Virus record (IMG/VR): IMGVR_UViG_3300035675_000004
Span: 1-64,000 of that record
DNA from: a virus
Length of the DNA stretch: 64,000 nt
Strand: one strand, 5' to 3'
Shown: piece after piece, positions 29,221-38,451 of the stretch
Layout: every line of letters begins with the position of its first letter
How positions within the stretch are numbered: the stretch's first letter is position 1
Notes under the pieces: generated by a model
Databases searched by the model: none
Told to the model about the DNA's origin: nothing
The model's input: the letters and a program-made list of their open reading frames with translations, nothing else
Made by a program: the position numbers and the translations under genes

Positions 29221-30048
29221 ATGAAGTTTCACGGCGTTGATATGCAAGGGGAGATAATGAACCAGAGGGTTTCCTCCCTTCCAGCATGGACAGCGGCTGA
29301 TGAGGGCCGACTATTGTTCGTCACTTCGGAACAGGCTTTCTATTACGGAACGGCCACAGAATGGATTCCGATGTATATTTTCAAGAATTTTGCTGTATCC
29401 GGTCAGACAACCGTTGTAGCGGATGATGCTGAAGATACATTGACCCTTGTTCAAGGAAACAATTTCCTCATAACGACAAGCGGTGATACTATTACACTGG
29501 GATTGAATGCTGCTGCAAATTCTCTTTTATCAGACACGACAAACTTTCTTGCGTCAGGCAGAAAACTGTGGATTTATGAGAATGTTGCACCAACCGGCTG
29601 GACGATTGTTGCCGGCACAAGTGATGCCCTTCTTGCTGTAAAAGGTGGAACAAACGCATACAGCACCACTGGTGGTGTTCAGGCAGGCACTTGGACATTA
29701 TCAGGACATATTCACGGATTATCAACGGATGCTGGCCATACACATTCTACACAAAATCATACTTTGACGGTAGCGGAAATGCCAAGTCACTCTCATCAGA
29801 TTTTCATACAGGGTGGTGGCGGTACCACTCATTATCCTCTGGATGTTGACAGCGATGTTCACGGTGGATATACATATACTAATCCTTATATTGGTGGATA
29901 TGTAGTTTATCCAGAAGGCGGTAATGGAACGCATAATCACAGTGATACTTTTTCTGGTGGATCCCATACACACTCTCTTGCTGCAAATGCTGATACATCG
30001 ACTTGGAGAATGTTAGCTAATGTTGGTATTATAATTGAAAAGGATTAA
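29221..30048 (+). CDS. Short tail fibre protein with collar-like domain and His-x-His repeats
   Basis: APTGW collar motif, HTLTVAEMPSHSH and HTH repeats; shared LPAWTAADEGRL N-terminus. Confidence 0.8.
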   Translation: MKFHGVDMQGEIMNQRVSSLPAWTAADEGRLLFVTSEQAFYYGTATEWIPMYIFKNFAVSGQTTVVADDAEDTLTLVQGNNFLITTSGDTITLGLNAAANSLLSDTTNFLASGRKLWIYENVAPTGWTIVAGTSDALLAVKGGTNAYSTTGGVQAGTWTLSGHIHGLSTDAGHTHSTQNHTLTVAEMPSHSHQIFIQGGGGTTHYPLDVDSDVHGGYTYTNPYIGGYVVYPEGGNGTHNHSDTFSGGSHTHSLAANADTSTWRMLANVGIIIEKD

Positions 30049-30050
30049 AT

Positions 30051-30485
30051 ATGAAAGGAACTTGTAACCCTATTGATGAAAAAACAGGAAAAGTAGTTTG
30101 TGGAATGCTCGAACTATTCGGAGAAATAAGAAAATGCCCCAACTATGTTGAAAGTTGGTGGAAACCAAATCCACTTGACGGAGACCAAACACCGAAACTG
30201 ATTGGCGACTGTGCGCCAGTAAGAACATTGATGATGATACAGGAGTTGCATAATCGTCTTGTTGGAGTTGAGAAGTCACAGGAACAGCTGAGAAACGAAA
30301 CGGTCTGGACAGAAGTTGTAGCGCATGTAATCGGAAAGAATATTGGCATTGACTTATCAAAATTTGTCGAGGAAAGGCAGAGACAGATAAGAGTGATTGA
30401 GCTGAAGAAACAACAAGAACTGGGCCTTGACCAGAGGCAAATGATGGAAAAGCAAAAAGAGGAGAAATCTGATGGCGTGGTATGA
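30051..30485 (+). CDS. Hypothetical protein (possible fibre assembly factor)
   Basis: Cys-containing N-terminus and coiled coil; follows the fibre gene. Confidence 0.55.
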   Translation: MKGTCNPIDEKTGKVVCGMLELFGEIRKCPNYVESWWKPNPLDGDQTPKLIGDCAPVRTLMMIQELHNRLVGVEKSQEQLRNETVWTEVVAHVIGKNIGIDLSKFVEERQRQIRVIELKKQQELGLDQRQMMEKQKEEKSDGVV

Positions 30486-32163
30486 TATTTTATTCCCAAA
30501 AAGAGTAGATGAGAGCACAGCTGCTTTCAAAGGAAAAGGTGATGATGCTGTAACAGCCAAAGAGCTCGCAGAGAAACGAGGAGAAGGTGTAGAGGATATA
30601 TATCTACCCGCTGGATTTGGTGGTTACGGTCTTGGTTCATTCACATCTTTTTATAACAGGTATATCAATAGAATATATGAAAGTGAAGTCAACAAGATTT
30701 GGGAATACAGGCGAATGGCCGAGTATCCAGAAATTGCTGATGTAATTGAGGATGCCGTAAACGAAGCCACACAGGAAGATTTGGACGGCTATGTTTTGCA
30801 GCTTCAGATATCGGACAATGATCTTACCAAAAGCAAGAATACGGTAAAGGTTCTGTATAAAGAATTTGAGGATTTATTTTATAACAAGCTTGAAATCGAG
30901 AACATCATCGGTGATCTTTTCAGGTCATATCTCACCGACGGCCGACTATATTATGAAAGAGTTATAAACAAGAACAAACCAAAACAGGGCATTGTTGCCA
31001 TCAAGAAGCTGCCCGCTGAGACAATGGATTTTGTATACGATCCCCGCGATGGTAGGATATTAAATTTTTATCAGTATTTAACACCAAAACCAAAGCGTCC
31101 GGCTACGAAGGACGAAGCTGAAAAGGATGATAAGATTGTTGTTTTTAATCCAGAGCAGATTGGTTTTGTTGATTACGGTGTTTATGGAAAGACGAAGGCG
31201 GAAATTTTCGGTTATCTTGAAAAGGCCCGTGTTCCTTACAATCAGTTGAAACTTCTTGAAACATCGGTTATCATCTATCGTATCGTAAGGTCGCCCGAAA
31301 GATTTGTTTTCAAGATTGATACAGGTAATATGCCGAAAGATAAGGCTATGAAGTTTGTCGAGAAAGTAAAGACAAAGTTTATCAAGAAGCAAACTTATGA
31401 CCCACAGACAGGTTCATTGACCCACGAACCGGAAGTTCTTTCTATTCTGGAAAACTTCTTTCTTCCACAATCGGCTGACGGTAGAGGGTCGGACATTACT
31501 ACGGTTGGTGGTAATGCTGCTGGCTTTACAAACCTTGATGACATTTACTACTTCAACAGAAAGCTCTACAGAGCGATGAAATACCCTATGTCGAGAGTAA
31601 CGGCAGGACAGGAAAAGAGAGAAGCTGATATTGTTGTCGGTGGAGCGCACACCGGTGAAATTTCCAGAGATGAAATCAAATGGGCTAAATTTCTTGAGAG
31701 ACAGCAGATCAGGGTATGCTCAGAACTCAGAAAACTTTTCTTGATACATCTTGAGTTTAAAGGATTGAAACAGCAATATGAATTGGACAAAGAGAGTTTC
31801 AGAATAGTAATGACCCAGCCATCTCACTATGGCGAAATTCAAAATCAGGGATATCAGGAAGTCAGGTTTAACAACTATAATGCCCTTGCTAACAACGAGG
31901 AGTTTTCTAAATATTACCTGATGAGGAAATACCTTGAATGGACTGATCAGGAAATCGAGGAGAACATCAAAGCGAAGAAAGAGAAAGACCCGCTTCTTAT
32001 CCCGCCGATGGATGCTGGTTTAGGCGGAGAAGGTGGAGAGGTCGGTATGGAAGCTGGTGCTGAAACAGGTAAAGGCCCGGGACAAGGGCCCGGTGGCGGC
32101 AGCACTGAAAGCGAAGTATATACCGGCGAAAGCGCAGATGGCGTAGACTATTCGGGATACTAA
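30472..32163 (+). CDS. gp20: Portal protein (T4 gp20-like)
   Basis: YR.MA.YPE, IYRIVRSPER.VF.IDTGNMP, LENFFLP, EISRDEIK motifs. Confidence 0.95.
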   Translation: MAWYDILFPKRVDESTAAFKGKGDDAVTAKELAEKRGEGVEDIYLPAGFGGYGLGSFTSFYNRYINRIYESEVNKIWEYRRMAEYPEIADVIEDAVNEATQEDLDGYVLQLQISDNDLTKSKNTVKVLYKEFEDLFYNKLEIENIIGDLFRSYLTDGRLYYERVINKNKPKQGIVAIKKLPAETMDFVYDPRDGRILNFYQYLTPKPKRPATKDEAEKDDKIVVFNPEQIGFVDYGVYGKTKAEIFGYLEKARVPYNQLKLLETSVIIYRIVRSPERFVFKIDTGNMPKDKAMKFVEKVKTKFIKKQTYDPQTGSLTHEPEVLSILENFFLPQSADGRGSDITTVGGNAAGFTNLDDIYYFNRKLYRAMKYPMSRVTAGQEKREADIVVGGAHTGEISRDEIKWAKFLERQQIRVCSELRKLFLIHLEFKGLKQQYELDKESFRIVMTQPSHYGEIQNQGYQEVRFNNYNALANNEEFSKYYLMRKYLEWTDQEIEENIKAKKEKDPLLIPPMDAGLGGEGGEVGMEAGAETGKGPGQGPGGGSTESEVYTGESADGVDYSGY

Positions 32164-32166
32164 TAA

Positions 32167-34458
32167 ATGATGAGACTTGACAATTTTCTTATACAAGAAC
32201 TTCTAACCGAACAACATATAGAGCAACACGCAACCACTATAGCTAAACAGCTGGCGGCAAAAGTTGCTAATATGGTCAAGAAAATACAAACCATAGACGA
32301 TAAACAAAAAAAGACAGCTGCTGTAGAAGCTATCAAAAACACTGTCAGACAGGCGTTGAATAGTAGAGATATTCATATGCAGACCGTTCTGAAACTTGTC
32401 TCGGGTCAATTCTGGCTTGCATTAAAAGGAACATTATCATCAAATGCTGGTATCGGCCGCGAGGTTGCCTCTGTTTTTTCCGAAGTAATGAAAGTAGCCC
32501 CAAAAAATGCGGCGGCCGCGGGATTAGGCGGTGGTGCTAAGAAGGCGCCAGAAGGAAAACCAGTAAAGGGTGCACCGGCAGAAGAAACTCCCGAAAAGGC
32601 TGCTAAGGAAAAAGGAGAAAAGAAACCAGTTAAAGGTGAAGAAGAAAAAGAAAAGAAAACTGATCATGCACAGCATATTCCATCATCTGCTCCAAAATAT
32701 GTTCATCAAGTAGTAGCCGGAGAAAAGAAAGAAAAGGATTTGTCGCCCGCTGAGAAGGAAGCTTATAAAAAGTATGTAGAGAGAGCTAAAGGTAAACTGG
32801 AAAAATCAAAAGAAGCCGAACGAAAAACTAAGGAAGCAGAAGAGCGCAAAGCTGAAAGAGAGAAAATACCATATGGCTCAAAAGAAATAATCAAGAACGG
32901 ACAGAACAAAACACTAAGAGCTACCGATCTCAAAAAAGAGCCGGCTTTTACTGATAAGCATCCTATAGAAAAAGATGAATGGTTTGATGAAGCTAAAAAA
33001 TACGAAGGTAAAGATTTATTAAATTATCCGCAGTTCAAGATTGACCCAAAAATAAAAACCAGTGTTCCTCAGAAATATATGACAACATTGGAAAGAATGA
33101 TAAACACAAGGCGATTTGATGAAACACAGCCACCTATTTCATTCTTTGCAGGCGAGGGTCAGGGAGGAGCAGGAACAATACGATCACAGGCCGGCGAATT
33201 ACTAACTTTAGTTGGCACCACTATGAATGATAAAGATTTTGATACATTTATAACATCATTGGAGAAGCATATAAAGGATAGAAAATTTGGTGATGCCGGC
33301 CAAATCGTAACATTGGATTGGTTAAAAGCTGCAAGAGAATGCAGACATTCAATTCGTAGATATGTAGAGAAGAATTATCCGGGCGGTGAAATCGAAGCCT
33401 CAGCGTGGGATGTTCAAGAAGATGTGGAAGCGATGGGTCTGGATGACTACAAGAAGAACAAAGGCGTTTCTACAGATGCATATTTCAGGATAAAAACAAA
33501 AGACAAGAAAAATATGCTTGTCGAAGTATCATTGAAAAAAGATACCACGGTAAACTTTCTCAATTCTGGCGCGACTAAATTCAAGGAATGGGATAAAAAT
33601 ATTCCGAAAGATATAGATATTGCCGTTTATGCTGAGAACCAAAATAATGCACTAAAGGGATTTGTTGAACACAATCAAACAAAGATTAACAATATTCTGA
33701 AAAAGGCCCCTAAAGAATTATCTGACCTTATGAAAAAGAAGAAGCTAACTATTGATGATGTTCTATCACCAGCGGGGTCTGGTAGAGATAAAAGAAAAAT
33801 AATGTTGGCTATGGTTAAGGCGGCCGCCGAAAAAGGCGACGCGGATGCTAAAAGAACATTAGAGAAGATTAAAAAATCTTCAGCGGATTTTGGGGCGAAA
33901 GCTATAAAAAGCATAACAACCAATAAGAAACTAAAAGAAGGTATGATAAATGAAATCAGATCTGAGTTTCCTCTCAAGGATGTTATGTCCGATGCTGAGA
34001 TTATGGCCATAGATGGTCTCAATCTGGACAAAGCTGTTGCAAAAGAGATATTCAAGACAAATGATTGGAACAAGATACAGGAAAATCTGAAGGTTGTTGG
34101 TGATCCACCTTATCTGGCATATGAAGTAGAAACCACAAAGGAAATCGTTCCAATAGCTGAAGTTATGGTCAGAGAAGATGGGGTTGGATATGGTGGCCAG
34201 TTTAAGTTTGAGATGAAATTACATAGAGGGTTCGCCAAGAAACTGGATGAAGGTTCAGAGACAGTATATGGTGCCTCGCTGAGAAAACAGGATAAAGCAA
34301 AGAAAGAAAAAGAAAAAGAGGCTAAGAAGAAGGCTAAAGAAGCGGAAAAACAGGCTGCTAAAGCTGCTAAAAAGAAAACACCAAAGCGAAGCGTAAAGGA
34401 AAACTACTATCGTGTATATTTGAAAGAGGATAGTTTTCTCGAAAAATATCTTGAATAA
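32167..34458 (+). CDS. Large Lys-rich putative internal head protein with possible PD-(D/E)xK domain
   Basis: N-terminal FLIQELLTE leader; STDAYF...VEVSLKK motif. Confidence 0.6.
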   Translation: MMRLDNFLIQELLTEQHIEQHATTIAKQLAAKVANMVKKIQTIDDKQKKTAAVEAIKNTVRQALNSRDIHMQTVLKLVSGQFWLALKGTLSSNAGIGREVASVFSEVMKVAPKNAAAAGLGGGAKKAPEGKPVKGAPAEETPEKAAKEKGEKKPVKGEEEKEKKTDHAQHIPSSAPKYVHQVVAGEKKEKDLSPAEKEAYKKYVERAKGKLEKSKEAERKTKEAEERKAEREKIPYGSKEIIKNGQNKTLRATDLKKEPAFTDKHPIEKDEWFDEAKKYEGKDLLNYPQFKIDPKIKTSVPQKYMTTLERMINTRRFDETQPPISFFAGEGQGGAGTIRSQAGELLTLVGTTMNDKDFDTFITSLEKHIKDRKFGDAGQIVTLDWLKAARECRHSIRRYVEKNYPGGEIEASAWDVQEDVEAMGLDDYKKNKGVSTDAYFRIKTKDKKNMLVEVSLKKDTTVNFLNSGATKFKEWDKNIPKDIDIAVYAENQNNALKGFVEHNQTKINNILKKAPKELSDLMKKKKLTIDDVLSPAGSGRDKRKIMLAMVKAAAEKGDADAKRTLEKIKKSSADFGAKAIKSITTNKKLKEGMINEIRSEFPLKDVMSDAEIMAIDGLNLDKAVAKEIFKTNDWNKIQENLKVVGDPPYLAYEVETTKEIVPIAEVMVREDGVGYGGQFKFEMKLHRGFAKKLDEGSETVYGASLRKQDKAKKEKEKEAKKKAKEAEKQAAKAAKKKTPKRSVKENYYRVYLKEDSFLEKYLE

Positions 34459-34466
34459 TATAAATA
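34459..34466 (+). promoter_or_regulatory. T4-type late promoter TATAAATA
   Basis: Exact consensus, intergenic. Confidence 0.7.
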
Positions 34467-34485
34467 AATACAGTAGAGGATTACT

Positions 34486-34725
34486 ATGATTAACGAAATT
34501 ATGAATAAATATCTTGTAGAAGATGATCAGGACACCTTGAAGATACTTTTGAGACAGAAGAAGGAAGTCAGGATGCATCAGAAACGAGCTCTGGAGGACA
34601 CGAAAGATCCTCAGCAGAAAGACCGTATTCGTGAAAGAGTAAGAAGGGAAATAGAAAGTTTGGACAAGCGGATAGAAGCTGTAAGGGAGAGAATAAGTAA
34701 TAAACCACAAAAACGAGGAGTATAG
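34486..34725 (+). CDS. Small putative internal head protein
   Basis: MINEIMNKYLVE leader. Confidence 0.65.
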   Translation: MINEIMNKYLVEDDQDTLKILLRQKKEVRMHQKRALEDTKDPQQKDRIRERVRREIESLDKRIEAVRERISNKPQKRGV

Positions 34726-34727
34726 TT

Positions 34728-34982
34728 ATGGAAGAAAAAGAAGTAAAGGCCGCATTGGACGCGTTTGAGAATGATGACTTTATCACGGCCAAGGAAAAAT
34801 TGAAGGCTGAAATTGGTAAAGCCAAAGAGAATTTTTTGAAAACCAAGCTTGGGATCACAGGTGCTATTTTTACACCTACGGCACCAGCAATACCAGCCGA
34901 ACCAGAACCAGCACCAGCACCCGTGCCAGAGCCAACACCAGAGCCAACATCAGTAAAGAAAAGACGACTTATGAGAAAATAA
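34728..34982 (+). CDS. Putative prohead core protein (gp67-like)
   Basis: Position between portal and protease; 'ALDAFENDDF..AKE.L' pattern. Confidence 0.5.
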   Translation: MEEKEVKAALDAFENDDFITAKEKLKAEIGKAKENFLKTKLGITGAIFTPTAPAIPAEPEPAPAPVPEPTPEPTSVKKRRLMRK

Positions 34983-34993
34983 CGGGGGTTAAA

Positions 34994-35260
34994 ATGAGCA
35001 AAGTAGATAGCACAATCGAGAAGTATCTTGCAGAGATAGAGCAGGTACAGCCGAGCACACCGGATGATATCGGTCTTGGAACGAAGATGTCCATCACAAC
35101 CGGTTTGAAAAAGCTTAGTATCATCCTTGACAGAGCGTATCAGGGCAACAATAAAGTAAAGGCAGCCGAGGCGGTTCATCTTGCAGCAGCGCTTGTGGAT
35201 ATGTATCCTCTTTATTGGAAGCTGATTATTGACACTTTGGCAGGAAAATCACAAAGCTAA
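34994..35260 (+). CDS. Small putative internal head protein
   Basis: MSKVDSTIEKYLAE leader. Confidence 0.65.
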   Translation: MSKVDSTIEKYLAEIEQVQPSTPDDIGLGTKMSITTGLKKLSIILDRAYQGNNKVKAAEAVHLAAALVDMYPLYWKLIIDTLAGKSQS

Positions 35261-35272
35261 GTATGGAGTAAA

Positions 35273-35881
35273 ATGAAGATGAAACTTATCACAGAGCTGA
35301 ACAGAGATGTTCGTATCGTGGTGGAGGAAAGTGATGACAAGGATAAGACTTTGTTCATTACTGGTATCTATAGCTCCGCCAATATCGAGAATAATAACAA
35401 GAGGAGATATCCTCGGTCTGTTCTCGAAAGAGAAATTGACAAAATTCTCAATAGGGTAAAAGACAGAACCCTATGGGGCGAATTGGGTCACCCACCTAAT
35501 CCCGAAGTCAATCCAGAAAGAATTGCCATCTTGACAGAAGAACTGGAATGGAAAGGCGATGATGTAATGGGTAGGTCAAAGGTTCTTGACACACCTATGG
35601 GAAATATTCTCAAGACACTTGTAAAAGAAGGAAGGATGGGAATTTCCAGTAGGGGTCTCGGCACAGTTGCTGAAAGCGGCGAAGTGAATGAGGACTTTAC
35701 TCTTATTACTTGGGATGCTGTCACAGACCCATCAAATAACCCCTCTTGGGTAGACGGTATCTATGAAGGACAGGAATTTGATGTTCCATACAGACCACGA
35801 TACACGATGCAACAGGCCCAGCAAGAGTATTATAAAAAAATCTGGCAGGTTCTTACTGACATTGAGAAGGGAATGAAATGA
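35273..35881 (+). CDS. gp21: Prohead core protease (T4 gp21-like)
   Basis: MKLITE, N.N.R.YP, GELGHP, GISSRGLG and D.V.DPS motifs. Confidence 0.95.
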   Translation: MKMKLITELNRDVRIVVEESDDKDKTLFITGIYSSANIENNNKRRYPRSVLEREIDKILNRVKDRTLWGELGHPPNPEVNPERIAILTEELEWKGDDVMGRSKVLDTPMGNILKTLVKEGRMGISSRGLGTVAESGEVNEDFTLITWDAVTDPSNNPSWVDGIYEGQEFDVPYRPRYTMQQAQQEYYKKIWQVLTDIEKGMK

Positions 35882-36075
35882 GAATAGATGAGCTGGTAGA
35901 GAAATATCTTTCTGAAGATGCGGCCACAGAGAAGTATCAAAATAGGGTTAAGCAATTAGAAAAGGTTATGAAATCTGCTAAAACTGATATTCAAAAATTA
36001 AATCTCAGATATGAAATCGACCTATTAAAAAAACAGATAGAAATTGCGAGGAAAAAAGAAAAGAGGACGAAGTAA
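35878..36075 (+). CDS. Small putative internal head protein
   Basis: MRIDELVEKYLSE leader; coupled start/stop. Confidence 0.65.
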   Translation: MRIDELVEKYLSEDAATEKYQNRVKQLEKVMKSAKTDIQKLNLRYEIDLLKKQIEIARKKEKRTK

Positions 36076-36551
36076 TGGAAAAAATAGACGATAAGATCAG
36101 TAGATTTTTGGGCGAAGAACTCGGCGAGTGTCCATTCAAAAAGACCGGCAAAAAGCGATTGAGAAAAAAGGCCAACGAGGTCAAAGTTTTTCTTGATCCA
36201 GAAGAAGAATACGATGTTACAGAAGCAAAAGAAAATCTCAAGGCGCTTATGAAAGCATTTGGCGGCCGCATGTATGCCGGCGATCCAGACACCGTAACTC
36301 TTTATCCATTCAAAACCGGCGACCATTGGGAAGTTGTTGTGTCAATCGAGGACTACGATCCAATATCATACGGTATTAATGTTTATATCGACAACGACTT
36401 AATTGGTATGAGCGGTTATTACTCAATAGAAACAGATGAAGTCGATATAAGAACAATCGAAACAATCGGCCGCGGCCAGAAAAAATTTTATGATGCCACA
36501 CAAATGCTACGCTACGAAGCTCAAAAAATAGGGAAACTGGACAATGGATAA
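36075..36551 (+). CDS. Putative internal head protein
   Basis: MEKIDDKISRFLGE leader. Confidence 0.65.
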   Translation: MEKIDDKISRFLGEELGECPFKKTGKKRLRKKANEVKVFLDPEEEYDVTEAKENLKALMKAFGGRMYAGDPDTVTLYPFKTGDHWEVVVSIEDYDPISYGINVYIDNDLIGMSGYYSIETDEVDIRTIETIGRGQKKFYDATQMLRYEAQKIGKLDNG

Positions 36552-36801
36552 TAAATTCAAGAAATATCTGATAACAGAAGGAAGCGCTCCCGTAGCATTG
36601 ATGAATATGCTTTCCGATATTAAAAAAATCGACAAGGATTTTGACAAGAACCTCAACTCCATCAAAGCAATGTGGAGAGATGGTGTGATTGCGGATGATG
36701 ACTACGAAAGCCTTGTAGACGCCTACAAACATATCGTAAAGGGATTGACGATCTTCGATGATATTTTAGATGGTACGGTAAAGACATTGAGGGGAAAGTA
36801 A
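36544..36801 (+). CDS. Small putative internal head protein
   Basis: MDNKFKKYLITE leader. Confidence 0.65.
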   Translation: MDNKFKKYLITEGSAPVALMNMLSDIKKIDKDFDKNLNSIKAMWRDGVIADDDYESLVDAYKHIVKGLTIFDDILDGTVKTLRGK

Positions 36802-37043
36802 TGGAGAATAAATTTAAAAAATATCTTACCGAAGTAGATTATACCCCCAAACCAATCAAAATTAATGATGAATTAGATAATACTACTATGGTCATTCAAA
36901 AGAATCCAAGCTCAAAAGAATGGAGGAGAGCCGTTCCACCCGAAATTATTTTAGTTTTATCCGTCAACGGCAAATTCTATTTAAGTCAGAAAGGATGGGA
37001 AAAATTTAAAAGAGAGATAGATGACTATATCAGGGAAAAATAA
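36801..37043 (+). CDS. Small putative internal head protein
   Basis: MENKFKKYLTE leader. Confidence 0.65.
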   Translation: MENKFKKYLTEVDYTPKPIKINDELDNTTMVIQKNPSSKEWRRAVPPEIILVLSVNGKFYLSQKGWEKFKREIDDYIREK

Positions 37044-37309
37044 TGGGAAAGATAGCCGAGATAATGGAAAGATATCTAATAGAAGATATCGAATATAGTC
37101 GAGCCTATAAAGAATGGCGTAAAGCTAAAGACGAATTGATAAAAATGAAAAAACGGGCCGACGGTTTATCTGGTGATGCTAAGAAAAAGGAGAATGAGAA
37201 AATAGAACAGCTTAAAAAGAAAGTTGCTAATTTAGCGAAGAAGAAAAATGCTGATGTATATTATAGTATCCGCTTAGATCAACCGATAGGAAGCAAGATG
37301 AAAAAATAA
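37043..37309 (+). CDS. Small putative internal head protein
   Basis: MGKIAEIMERYLIE leader. Confidence 0.65.
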   Translation: MGKIAEIMERYLIEDIEYSRAYKEWRKAKDELIKMKKRADGLSGDAKKKENEKIEQLKKKVANLAKKKNADVYYSIRLDQPIGSKMKK

Positions 37310-37346
37310 AACAAGGGCGTTGAAAGCCTTGATATATCTACATTTG

Positions 37347-37374
37347 AAGGGTATCCTTACGGATACCCTTTTTT
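37347..37374 (+). terminator. Rho-independent terminator
   Basis: aagggtatcc-ttac-ggataccctt hairpin followed by a T run. Confidence 0.85.
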
Positions 37375-37376
37375 AT

Positions 37377-37384
37377 TATAAATA
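37377..37384 (+). promoter_or_regulatory. T4-type late promoter for scaffold and MCP
   Basis: TATAAATA directly after the terminator. Confidence 0.8.
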
Positions 37385-37455
37385 AATAGTGAATAAACCT
37401 GTTATTATGTGATGACATTTAATAACATCACTATAACATATAGGAGGGTCAATAA

Positions 37456-38430
37456 ATGTTTGAGGAAATCTTGAAGATGCTAGGCATCGAGAAACTTGAA
37501 GAAGCACAGATTACCTCTATCAAGGCAAAGCTCGAAGATATCGTTGATATCAAAGCCCGCGAAAAGTCAGACAGCCTGCTCAAAGAGCAGTCAGAAAAAC
37601 TTATCGAGGAGTATGAGGAGAAATTCGAGCAGTATAAATCGGATGTCACAGGAAAGTTTTCTAATTTCGTGGACTCCGTTCTTGAGGAGGAGCTCACGCT
37701 TCCAGAGAAAATTGTTGAGTTCGCTAAGAAAGGCGAGCTGTATGACGAAGTAATCTCAGCACTCAAAGTCAAAATGGCTATTGATGAGGGATTGCTCACA
37801 GAAGAAGTTAAGACACTTTTGAGAGAGGCAAGGGATGAAATCTTGAGCCTCAGAGATCAGCTGAATGAAGCCACAGGCGCAAAGATGTCTCTTGAAGAAG
37901 ATGCAAAGAAACTTGCAGCACATCTTTATTTGAGGCAGAAGTGTGACGGTTTGGTTGAATCACAGAGGAAAAGAGTTTTGGAAATCCTTGACGATCTTAC
38001 AACGAAAGATGAGATTGACAGAAAGTTTCAAATTGTTATTGATCACGTTCTAAAAGAGGACGATATTCCGGCTACACCGGCTGCTGACCCACACGATCAG
38101 AGACCGGATGATACGGATAAAGGCGATACCCCTGCACCCGCTGGTTTACCAAAGGGGTCAGAGGAGCCTGAAGCAGAAGCCAAAACCTTCCAATGCATTT
38201 GCACGAAGTGCGGCGCTCAATCATCTTCCAAGACAGCTTGTGCTACCACAGCGTGCCCAAGTTGCGGCGGGGGAATGAAAGACGATGAATCAGCTACACC
38301 AGCTGATGAGTCAGGACAAGGCCAGATGGAAATTGACGATCCAGACGGCAAACCAGTGCAGGAGAGTTTAACTCCGTTTGATAATGAAATTCAAAAGTAT
38401 GTCAAAATTCTGAAAGAGAACAGATTTTAG
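37456..38430 (+). CDS. gp22: Prohead core scaffold protein (gp22-like) with Cys-rich insertion
   Basis: Acidic coiled coil immediately upstream of the MCP; AGGAGG RBS. Confidence 0.8.
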   Translation: MFEEILKMLGIEKLEEAQITSIKAKLEDIVDIKAREKSDSLLKEQSEKLIEEYEEKFEQYKSDVTGKFSNFVDSVLEEELTLPEKIVEFAKKGELYDEVISALKVKMAIDEGLLTEEVKTLLREARDEILSLRDQLNEATGAKMSLEEDAKKLAAHLYLRQKCDGLVESQRKRVLEILDDLTTKDEIDRKFQIVIDHVLKEDDIPATPAADPHDQRPDDTDKGDTPAPAGLPKGSEEPEAEAKTFQCICTKCGAQSSSKTACATTACPSCGGGMKDDESATPADESGQGQMEIDDPDGKPVQESLTPFDNEIQKYVKILKENRF

Positions 38431-38451
38431 TTTAGGAGGATAATTCACAAG

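Noticed and set aside
1-30048. Diversity-generating retroelement acting on fibres
   Set aside because: No reverse transcriptase was seen, and no TR/VR pair with adenine-specific differences. The duplicated modules differ at mixed positions.
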